DNA from: a bacterium | Lineage (GTDB): Bacteria; Hydrothermota; Tepidihabitantia; Tepidihabitantales; Tepidihabitantaceae | Assembly (NCBI GenBank): GCA_039793395.1 | Contig: JBAMLV010000022.1 | Coordinates: 2,897-66,896, forward strand | Reading direction: 5' to 3' | Length of the DNA stretch: 64,000 bases | In this document: piece after piece, positions 28,272-35,675 of the stretch | How positions within the stretch are numbered: position 1 is the first letter of the stretch | How the letters are laid out: each line of letters begins with the position of its first letter | Notes under the pieces: model-generated | Told to the model about the DNA's origin: nothing | Databases searched by the model: none | What the model saw: only the letters and a program-made list of their open reading frames with translations | Translations under genes and position numbers: made by a program

Positions 28272-29375
28272 ATGAAAACAAAGTCAAAACTGACTGCGGT
28301 TTGGGTGGCGCTGTTGAGCGCAAGTTTTCTGGTGGCAAATGTGCCGGTCCGTAACTGGTGGGGTATTGAGATTTACCCGGAACCGGCAGCGGTTTTCTTT
28401 AATCCCGCATGCCTGGGATTTTATAACCGGCCGATGTTAACGCTCGGTATGGGCGGTCTGATTTTGAATGAGGAGCGGACCCGACTGGTTTACGACCGGT
28501 TTGAAAATACCATTGGTGAGGCGGTTTATGCGGACAACACCAGCCTTTGCTGGCGGTTCGGCACCGCGGCGGGGATTTACCGATTCCGGAATTTCGGATT
28601 TGGTGCCGGGGTGGCACCGGTGCGGGACTTCAATTACCGGTATCTGAAGGAGCAACTGGACGATTACTATGTGAAAATCGGTGAGCACCGGGTTGAACAG
28701 TCCGGACAGTTGAATAACGCCAGTGCGGGTATCAGTTTCAACCCCTTTAACCAGCTCTGCCTTGGTATCGGTGGCAGGTATCTTTTCGGCTCCAGACAAC
28801 TTACGCAACTGATAATCCAGCTGCCGGATACGACGCGGTTGAGTAGCAGTGGCAGCCCGAGCGGTGCGGGCTGGTTTGCGGGAATCGGGGCGGCGCTAAT
28901 GCCGGAACTAAAATTGGATTTTGGGTATCAGTCTGCAGTTCAGCTGAAAAACTGGGATTCAGCCGGTGTCCGGATTGAGCCCTGGCGACTGCTTGCCGGC
29001 GCCGAGTTCCGGGCAACTGGTGTGTTGCCTTCAAAGTTCCGGGCTCGCGTCTGCCTGAACGGTTGGTCAGTTACTGATTCCGCTTACCACAATGTGCTTT
29101 CGGTCCGGCTCGGGGTTGAACATCTGCTGCTGAATTCGGTGCGTTTGCGCTACGGTTTCGGGCTGGAGCCGTTGTTTTCCGACCCCGGGGTGCAGATGCC
29201 GATTGCCGATTTCGGTCTGGGTTTCAATGTTAATCACCTGCGCCTGAACCTGGGGCTGAGTGTAAGCCGCGAGGAGCTTGTTGCCCGCCATTTTATCCTG
29301 CCGGTTGAACCTGAAGACAGCCGGATTTATCAGTCGGGGCTGGAAATGAATTTGAGTATGGAATATGAGTTTTAG
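28272..29375 (+). CDS. Putative outer-membrane beta-barrel protein
   Basis: Signal peptide (KLTAVWVALLSASFLVANV), FFNPACLGF motif, alternating beta pattern, and the C-terminus NLSMEYEF with a terminal Phe. Confidence 0.5.
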   Translation: MKTKSKLTAVWVALLSASFLVANVPVRNWWGIEIYPEPAAVFFNPACLGFYNRPMLTLGMGGLILNEERTRLVYDRFENTIGEAVYADNTSLCWRFGTAAGIYRFRNFGFGAGVAPVRDFNYRYLKEQLDDYYVKIGEHRVEQSGQLNNASAGISFNPFNQLCLGIGGRYLFGSRQLTQLIIQLPDTTRLSSSGSPSGAGWFAGIGAALMPELKLDFGYQSAVQLKNWDSAGVRIEPWRLLAGAEFRATGVLPSKFRARVCLNGWSVTDSAYHNVLSVRLGVEHLLLNSVRLRYGFGLEPLFSDPGVQMPIADFGLGFNVNHLRLNLGLSVSREELVARHFILPVEPEDSRIYQSGLEMNLSMEYEF

Positions 29376-29412
29376 TTGCGAGCCGGTACCCGGGTCCGGG
29401 CGGAGAAAGGTG

Positions 29413-29581
29413 CATTGCGAGGCTCCATTTTCATCTCGTGATTGCGAGGAGCGAAGCGACGAAGCAATCCCTGCCCGCAAAGAGATTCCTTCGCCCTGCG
29501 GGCTCGGAATGACTGAAAGGAAAAGGTCATTGCGAGGAGCGAAGCGACGAAGCAATCGCCCCTTGCGAGCGACTGAAAGGA
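29413..29581. repeat. Cluster of short interspersed palindromic (REP/MITE-like) repeats
   Basis: The 30-nt unit [G/C]ATTGCGAGGAGCGAAGCGACGAAGCAATC occurs at 29440-29469 and 29528-29557, with a partial copy CATTGCGAGG at 29413-29422. GACTGAAAGGA occurs at 29511 and 29571. Translations give the DCFVASLLAMT, SLRGAKRRSN and LRSSQ artefact peptides typical of this repeat class. Confidence 0.7.
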
Positions 29582-29608
29582 GCGTGGCAACCTTTGCCGC
29601 TTCGGGTT

Positions 29609-29674
29609 TGCTTCGCACCGTTTGCAACATGGCTTCGCACCGTTTGCAACATGGCTTCGCACCGTTTGCAACAT
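29609..29674. repeat. Tandem repeat, 3 x 22 bp (GGCTTCGCACCGTTTGCAACAT)
   Basis: Copies at 29609-29630 (first base T instead of G), 29631-29652 and 29653-29674. Each copy junction creates an ATG (29629, 29651, 29673), and each ATG falls in a different frame. Confidence 0.9.
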
Positions 29675-31176
29675 GGATTTTGCTGTGGGGGCTGTTCTGC
29701 GGTCCGGCAATGGCAGGAATTCAGCATCTGTTTTTAGTTCACACGAATGACATTCACGGTGCCCTGCTGCCGGGAGAGGCTTACTGGCTGGACAACAACT
29801 TTCCGCCGCCGCTCGCCAATGCTGCCGGTGCCCTGTTCATAATTCGGGAGTTGCGGGATTCGGCAGAACGGCACGGTTACGGGTTTCTGCTGCTGGATGG
29901 CGGCGATATCTTCAAGGGCACGCCGATTGGTGATTTTACCCGGGGTCAGGCGGTGGTGGATTTTTTCCGCACTGCCAACTATGATGCGGTGGCACCGGGA
30001 AATCATGACTTTGACCTGGGCTGGCAGGTGCTCAAGGAGCTGGTGGACTCCTCCCGAATTCCCTGGATTGCGAGCAATGTTCGGGTCCGGGGGAGTGACA
30101 CACCGCCCGGGTTTCTGAGCGAGAGTTACATCTTTGAGCGGGGCGGAATCAAAATCGGGGTGTTCGGAATGCTTACCAGATATCTTTACGGAATGGTGAA
30201 TGAGTCGCTGGTCGGCAATCTTGAAATCCTGCCCTATTACGAAATCGGCCGGCAGATGGTCAAGCGGTTGCGGGACCAGGGGGCAGAGATTGTAATTGCA
30301 CTCAATCATATCGGCTATACCCATGACCAGCGGTTTGCCGATTCGGTTCCCGGAGTGGACATCATCATCGGTGCGCACAGCCATACCGGGGTTGAGCCGC
30401 CGTTTGAAAGCCCGATGAATCACACGATAATTCAGCAGGCTTATTCCAAACTGAGTTCGGTTGGCGTGCTGGATATTAAATTTGATACCGAGAGCCGCAG
30501 TATTGTCGGCTATTCGGGCCGGCTGATTGACCTCCTGGCGGATGAGGTGCCGAAAGACCGGCTTTACCAGCGGCAGCTGGATTCAATCCGGGAGATTGCG
30601 GAAAAGGGGTTTGATGAGGTGCTGGGCTATTCGCGGCGGGAGCTTACCCGGGGCGGCTTTACCGAAACGCCGCTTGGCAATCTGATTACCGATGCGCTGC
30701 GCGAGCGGTTCGGCACCGACATAGCGGTCCACAACTCGGCAGGAATCCGGGCAAACATTCCCGCTGGACCGGTTACCTACCGGGATGTGTATCAGGTTGA
30801 TGTTTTTGGCAATACGGTGGTCACCGGCAGTTACACCGGGAAACAGGTCAAGGAGATACTGGAGGTGTCGGTTAACGGGCGCCATGCGCTCTTTCAGGTG
30901 TCGGGGCTAAAGATGCGTTACACTCTAAAGCGGCCGATCGGTCAGCGGGTGCTGGCGGTGGAGATTAACGGTCAGCCGCTGGACTCAAACCGGGTTTACA
31001 CACTGGCGACCAACTCCTATCTCGCAGCCGGCAGCGGTGATTATCAGGTTTTTACCCGGGGTGAGAATATTGAGGACAGTTATCTGCCGCTCCGGGATGT
31101 ACTCGCCGATTACATCCGGAAGCATTCGCCGGTGGATGCCCGGATTGAAGGTAGAATTGTGCTGGTTGACCAATGA
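29629..31176 (+). CDS. Secreted bifunctional metallophosphatase/5'-nucleotidase (UshA-like)
   Basis: HTNDIHG, DGGDIFKGTP and GNHDFD metallophosphoesterase motifs plus a C-terminal 5'-nucleotidase domain. From ATG 29629 the N-terminus resembles a signal peptide (...WILLWGLFCGPAMA). The ORF-track start at 29365 runs through the repeat cluster. Confidence 0.8.
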   Translation: MASHRLQHGFAPFATWILLWGLFCGPAMAGIQHLFLVHTNDIHGALLPGEAYWLDNNFPPPLANAAGALFIIRELRDSAERHGYGFLLLDGGDIFKGTPIGDFTRGQAVVDFFRTANYDAVAPGNHDFDLGWQVLKELVDSSRIPWIASNVRVRGSDTPPGFLSESYIFERGGIKIGVFGMLTRYLYGMVNESLVGNLEILPYYEIGRQMVKRLRDQGAEIVIALNHIGYTHDQRFADSVPGVDIIIGAHSHTGVEPPFESPMNHTIIQQAYSKLSSVGVLDIKFDTESRSIVGYSGRLIDLLADEVPKDRLYQRQLDSIREIAEKGFDEVLGYSRRELTRGGFTETPLGNLITDALRERFGTDIAVHNSAGIRANIPAGPVTYRDVYQVDVFGNTVVTGSYTGKQVKEILEVSVNGRHALFQVSGLKMRYTLKRPIGQRVLAVEINGQPLDSNRVYTLATNSYLAAGSGDYQVFTRGENIEDSYLPLRDVLADYIRKHSPVDARIEGRIVLVDQ

Positions 31177-32810
31177 GTGCACTGCCCTGGCCCTGTAAAC
31201 CGGTGGATGAAAAACTGGTGGAAAGGCTCGCTGCCGCCGGGATTCCAGCGGTGATTGCCCGACTGCTGGTGCTGCGTGGGGTAAAGGAGCCAGCCGGCGC
31301 CGGGGTCTGGCTGAATCCGAACATCAGGCACCTGCATCCGCCCGAACTGCTGCCCGACTTTGAAACAGCTGCCCGGAGGATATTTCAGGCGATTGAGCGC
31401 CGGGAGCGGGTTTTAATCTGGGGGCACGACGACCTTGACGGCATCACCGCTGTGCTGATTATGCTCAGGGTGCTTTCCGGGATGCAGGCGCAGGTCAATT
31501 ATCACATTCCGACCAAGGGCAAAGACAAGCACGGCCTGGATGCCCGATTTATTTCCGCACTCCCGGCGACCGAACGGCCAGGACTGGTCATTACGGTGGA
31601 CTGCGGTATTTCCAATCACGGGGACATAGAGCAACTGCAGGCGCTGGGAATTGAGGTAATAGTTACCGACCATCACGAAGTGGTTCTACCACTGCCGCCA
31701 GCGGTCGCGGTTGTGAATCCGAAACGGCAGGATAGTCAGTATCCCGAGCCGATGCTCACCGGTGCGGGTGTGGCGCTAAAACTGGTGATGGGGCTGGCAA
31801 ACCAGCGGCTCGGGCTCGTACCGGCGCAGTTTTTTTCTGCCCAGCCCGACCTGCTCGGACTGGTGGCGCTGGGCACAATTGCTGACCGGGCGCCACTCAC
31901 CGGTGAAAACCGCATTCTGGTGAAATTTGGCTTTGAGCAGTTGCTGAACACCCGTCTGCCCGCGGTGCGGGCGGTGCTTGAGACCCTGAAAACGGACAAC
32001 GGACCGCTCACGGTCAGCAGTTTCCTCACCGAACTTCTACCCCTCTTTGCCTCGGCAAACGGCCGGGAAGGGGTAAGCAAATTCCTGAGCAATGATGCGG
32101 CTGAGGTTCAGGAATGGGTCCGGCAATTGGCGGTGCGAAGCCAGGAGTGGCGCCAGGAGGCTGAACGGACACTCACTCTGGCACAGGAAAATGTTCAACT
32201 CGGAGACGGGATTCTTTTTGTCCAGCACCCGGCGCTGTCCCTGCGCGCCCTGGGCTACAGTGCAGCCCGGCTCAAGGACCGGTATCAGGTGCCGGCGATT
32301 GTGCTCGGCAAACGGGGCGATGTCTGGGTCGGTGAATGCCGGGGTATTGATGGGGTGGACCTGATGGAATTGCTTCAGGCACTGCGCAACTTCTTCATTG
32401 ACTTCGGTGGCCACAAAAAGGCGGCAGGATTTACCATCCAGGCCGAGCGCGTGCCGGAGTTCATCCGGGCAGCCGAGCGCTATGCCCATGAAAACTTTGC
32501 CCCGAGAATCATCCCCGAAAATGTGCTCCGGGCAGACAGTGTTCTGCCGTTTACCGAATTTACCCACCAGATCTGCCGGCTGGCGCCATTTGGCGAAGGC
32601 AATCCCGAGCCGGTCTTCATCTCCGAGCCAGTCCGGCTGCTGATTGGCGAACAGGGCATTATTCCGGAAAGCCGGCAGGAGCTGGTGCTGGTGCCGCGGC
32701 GCAGTGGTCTGGAGATCGAGCTGGATGTGCCCTATTATGTGCTTTATGCGGTGGATGATTTGTGCCGGCTCTCCATTCTGGAACTGAAACCTGCTGAACC
32801 CGGTGCCTGA
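31173..32810 (+). CDS. recJ: Single-stranded-DNA-specific exonuclease RecJ
   Basis: DHH-family motifs GHDDLDGITA, VDCGISN and VTDHH, plus the DHHA1 region (GGHKKAAG). ATGA overlap with the upstream gene. Confidence 0.9.
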   Translation: MSALPWPCKPVDEKLVERLAAAGIPAVIARLLVLRGVKEPAGAGVWLNPNIRHLHPPELLPDFETAARRIFQAIERRERVLIWGHDDLDGITAVLIMLRVLSGMQAQVNYHIPTKGKDKHGLDARFISALPATERPGLVITVDCGISNHGDIEQLQALGIEVIVTDHHEVVLPLPPAVAVVNPKRQDSQYPEPMLTGAGVALKLVMGLANQRLGLVPAQFFSAQPDLLGLVALGTIADRAPLTGENRILVKFGFEQLLNTRLPAVRAVLETLKTDNGPLTVSSFLTELLPLFASANGREGVSKFLSNDAAEVQEWVRQLAVRSQEWRQEAERTLTLAQENVQLGDGILFVQHPALSLRALGYSAARLKDRYQVPAIVLGKRGDVWVGECRGIDGVDLMELLQALRNFFIDFGGHKKAAGFTIQAERVPEFIRAAERYAHENFAPRIIPENVLRADSVLPFTEFTHQICRLAPFGEGNPEPVFISEPVRLLIGEQGIIPESRQELVLVPRRSGLEIELDVPYYVLYAVDDLCRLSILELKPAEPGA

Positions 32811-33969
32811 TAAATCGGTCCACATCGCCCGGCAGAAAAACCGGGCCGACCGCCTCTGGATTTACAACCGTGAAATCAAACGGGTTGAAGGTGCACCCCG
32901 GACCGGTGACCTGGTGCGGGTTTATGAGCAGGGCAGGCTGATTGGCTCGGGGATGTTCAATTCCGAGTCCCTGATTGCGGTCCGGCTCTACTCCAGAAAA
33001 GATGAGGAGTTAAACGAAGAGCTCATCCTCCGGCGACTGGAAAGGGCGCTGCGTCTACGGGAGCGGTTGCTGCCCGGAGAAAAGGACTTCCGGCTGGTCT
33101 TCGGGGAGAGTGATTACCTGCCCGGACTGGTGATTGACAAATACGGCGACCATTTTGCGGTTCAGGTTTACGCTGCCGGTTTTGACTGCCGGCTGGAAAT
33201 GGTGGTCAATGCGCTCTGCCGGCTGTTACCGGTGAAATCAATCTATGAAAAGGATGACATCAAACTCCGGGAACCGGAAGGGCTAACGCGACGGGAACGG
33301 CTGCTTTACGGCACGCCCGAGCCCGACCTGGTCATTTCGGAAAACGGGGTGCAGTTCTATGTGGACATTGCCCGGGGTCAGAAGACCGGCTACTTCTTTG
33401 ACCACCGTCTCACCCGGAAAAAGGTGCGGCAGTTAGCCAAAAACCGCCGGGTGCTGGACCTTTTCTGCTACACCGGCTCATTTGCCATCAATGCGGCGCT
33501 GGGTGGTGCCCGGGAGGTGATCGGGGTGGACATATCCGAGGAAGCCTGCCACCTGGCGGTGCGCAATGCGATGCTCAATCGGGTGGAGACGGTCTGCCGG
33601 TTTGTTGTTGCCGATGCCTTTGACCACCTCCGGGAGCTAATAAAAAAGGGGGAGCAGTTTGAACTGGTGAACCTTGACCCACCCGCATTCATCAAGGCGG
33701 CAAAACAGAAGGCGGCCGGGCTCAAGGGCTATCTCAAAATCAACCGTCTGGCGATGCAACTCGTTGTTCGCGGCGGAATTCTGGTCTCCTCCTCCTGCTC
33801 CCATTATCTATTCTGGCAGGACCTGCTGGATGTGGTCAGCACCGCTGCCCAGGAACTCAACCGGCAGTTTGTGATTCTTGACCGCTCAACTCAGGGGCCA
33901 GACCATCCGGTTCTGCCCCAGATGCCCGAGTCCGAATACCTGCGCGCCCTGATTGTCCAGGTATTTTAA
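32803..33969 (+). CDS. rlmI: Class I SAM-dependent rRNA (cytosine-C5) methyltransferase, RlmI-like
   Basis: PUA-like N-terminus, SAM motif VLDLFCYTGSFAINAA and motif IV NLDPPAF. GTG start overlaps the recJ end by 8 nt. Confidence 0.75.
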   Translation: MPDKSVHIARQKNRADRLWIYNREIKRVEGAPRTGDLVRVYEQGRLIGSGMFNSESLIAVRLYSRKDEELNEELILRRLERALRLRERLLPGEKDFRLVFGESDYLPGLVIDKYGDHFAVQVYAAGFDCRLEMVVNALCRLLPVKSIYEKDDIKLREPEGLTRRERLLYGTPEPDLVISENGVQFYVDIARGQKTGYFFDHRLTRKKVRQLAKNRRVLDLFCYTGSFAINAALGGAREVIGVDISEEACHLAVRNAMLNRVETVCRFVVADAFDHLRELIKKGEQFELVNLDPPAFIKAAKQKAAGLKGYLKINRLAMQLVVRGGILVSSSCSHYLFWQDLLDVVSTAAQELNRQFVILDRSTQGPDHPVLPQMPESEYLRALIVQVF

Positions 33970-34292
33970 CCCGGGGGAAGATTTGCCCGTTGGTCCCGGG
34001 TTTGACCCGGACCGCGGAGCGGACACCGGTTAGCACGAGCAAGGGGGATTTTAACTACTGGCTGAGAGCTGGGTTAATCGGCTGGCTCAGTCCGGTGATA
34101 AAACACCGGTAGAGTTCCGGAACTAACTTTACCCTCACCGTTACCACCGGCACAAATCCCGGTTCCGGGACAGGACCGACAACAGTACGGGGGCTAGCCC
34201 CGGGCTTGCCCCCTGATTTGGCGTCCATATTGATAACCACTTGATTTTCAGAATGATAACCACCGGACCACCAAGGAACAATCCGTGCACAG

Positions 34293-34310
34293 TTGTGCAA
34301 CAATGCACAA
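34293..34310. promoter_or_regulatory. 18-bp perfect palindrome TTGTGCAACAATGCACAA (candidate operator upstream of the hdr cluster)
   Basis: Read directly from the sequence. An extra TGCACA half-site lies at 34286-34291. The shape TTGTGxA-N4-TxCACAA resembles Rex/CRP-FNR-type operators. Confidence 0.35.
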
Positions 34311-34381
34311 ATTGTAATTATGCGTTTGCCACTGGCGACCGCCGCTTGTGGATTGCGAGACGCGCTTCTTGGCAAATTTTC

Positions 34382-34409
34382 TTGACTTTGAATTTATCTG
34401 AGTTATCAT
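34382..34409 (+). promoter_or_regulatory. Putative promoter of the hdr cluster (TTGACT-N16-TATCAT)
   Basis: TTGACT at 34382-34387 and TATCAT at 34404-34409. The ATG at 34421 is 11 nt downstream, with no SD. Confidence 0.45.
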
Positions 34410-34420
34410 TTTTTCTTGCG

Positions 34421-34813
34421 ATGAATTCAGCGGCGAACTCCTCCCTGGTTTCCCGAATTGAGGAATTGAGCGGGCAGCGGGTGCTGGACTGTTATCAGTG
34501 CGGGTGCTGTACTGCTGGCTGTCCGATTGGCGAGTTGATGGACCCCGCGCCGAGTAAGGCAATCCGGCTGTTGCAGCTGGGACGGGCAGAAGAGTTGCTG
34601 GCAAGTGAAGGTATCTGGTTGTGTGCCAGTTGTCTGGTGTGCGGGACGAGGTGTCCGCGGAATGTTGATTATGCAAAGATTGCCGAGGCATGCCGGGCAA
34701 TTGTCCTGCGGGCAAAGCGGAGTGTGGTTGACCCGGACCGGGTCAGCCCTGAGCAGTTGCAGGATATACCCCAGCAGGCATTCATTGCCAGTTTCCGGAA
34801 GTTTTCGGTATGA
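34421..34813 (+). CDS. hdrC: Heterodisulfide reductase subunit C (HdrC-like, 2x[4Fe-4S])
   Basis: CYQCGCCTAGCP and CASCLVCGTRCP motifs; 130 aa from ATG 34421. The ORF-track start at 34241 precedes the predicted promoter. Confidence 0.85.
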   Translation: MNSAANSSLVSRIEELSGQRVLDCYQCGCCTAGCPIGELMDPAPSKAIRLLQLGRAEELLASEGIWLCASCLVCGTRCPRNVDYAKIAEACRAIVLRAKRSVVDPDRVSPEQLQDIPQQAFIASFRKFSV

Positions 34814-35673
34814 AGTATCCTTATTATCCTGGCTGTACGCTCTATTCCAAGGCGAGAAATCTTGACCAGTGTGCCCGGAAAGCCGCGCTCCGTGCCGGTT
34901 TTGAACTGGAGGAGATGCCATCCTGGAACTGTTGCGGTGCCATTTACAATACCAATACCGATGACCTGGCGGCGCAGGTTGGACCGGTGCGCAATCTGGC
35001 AAAGGCAAGTCAACTGGGCGAGCGGCTGGTGACGCTGTGTGCCGCCTGTTATAATGTGCTGAAGCGGGCAAGTGAGCACCTGCAGGCAACCGGTTTTGAA
35101 GCGGACCGGCAGCGACTTTTGGATTTTGTTGATGAGCCGTTGATCCGGGATGTGGAGGTGGTGCATTATCTACAGGTGTTGAAGGAGCTGGGCTGGGAAG
35201 GGCTGCGGGCAAAGGTGGCCAAGCCGCTGAACGGGTTGAAGATTGCCTCCTATTACGGCTGTCTGATGGTGCGGCCAAAGGAGGTGTTGAAGTTTGATGA
35301 CCCGGAAAATCCAATGGTGATGGATGAGCTGGTGGCGGCGCTGGGCGGAACACCGGTGCGGTTTGATTTCAAGAGCGAGTGCTGCGGCGGCTATCTCGTG
35401 GTCAATCATCAGGCGGTGGCTGATGCCTGTTCGCTGCGGGTGGTGGAGAATGCCCGGACCTGGGGCGCAGAACTGGTGGTGACCACCTGTCCACTGTGTC
35501 AGTATAATCTGGAGATGGCTCAGCGGCGCCGGTCTTCCGGGAATCAGTTAGTGCCGGTGCTTTATTTTACTCAGGTGCTGGGACTGGCACTGGGTCTGGC
35601 AGAAGCGGAGTTGGGGTTTGATGATAACCGGCTGGACCCGCGCCCGTTTCTTTTGACCAGGGGGTTGCTGTAA
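34810..35673 (+). CDS. hdrB: Heterodisulfide reductase subunit B (two CCG domains)
   Basis: Two CCG-domain signatures: SWNCCGA...LCAACYN and SECCGGY...TCPLCQYN. ATGA overlap with hdrC. Confidence 0.9.
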   Translation: MKYPYYPGCTLYSKARNLDQCARKAALRAGFELEEMPSWNCCGAIYNTNTDDLAAQVGPVRNLAKASQLGERLVTLCAACYNVLKRASEHLQATGFEADRQRLLDFVDEPLIRDVEVVHYLQVLKELGWEGLRAKVAKPLNGLKIASYYGCLMVRPKEVLKFDDPENPMVMDELVAALGGTPVRFDFKSECCGGYLVVNHQAVADACSLRVVENARTWGAELVVTTCPLCQYNLEMAQRRRSSGNQLVPVLYFTQVLGLALGLAEAELGFDDNRLDPRPFLLTRGLL

Positions 35674-35675
35674 AG

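Noticed and set aside
29440-29557. Possible mini-CRISPR array, since a 30-nt repeat occurs twice.
   Set aside because: There are only two full copies separated by 58 nt, with other interleaved repeat modules and no cas genes. The unit has terminal inverted repeats and matches the REP/MITE-like repeat class instead.
29067-29710. Long minus-strand ORFs (187 aa and 112 aa) and the 5' extension of the plus-strand ORF from 29365.
   Set aside because: They are built from translated repeat units (…DCFVASLLAMT…, …IASSLRSSQ…, …CEERSDEAI…) and overlap each other and the end of the upstream OMP gene. They are artefacts of the repeat cluster.
34055-34375. A 106-aa minus-strand ORF as a real gene.
   Set aside because: It has biased composition, no SD and no recognisable motif, and it spans the predicted hdr regulatory palindrome. 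It is kept only as part of an unassigned-region finding.
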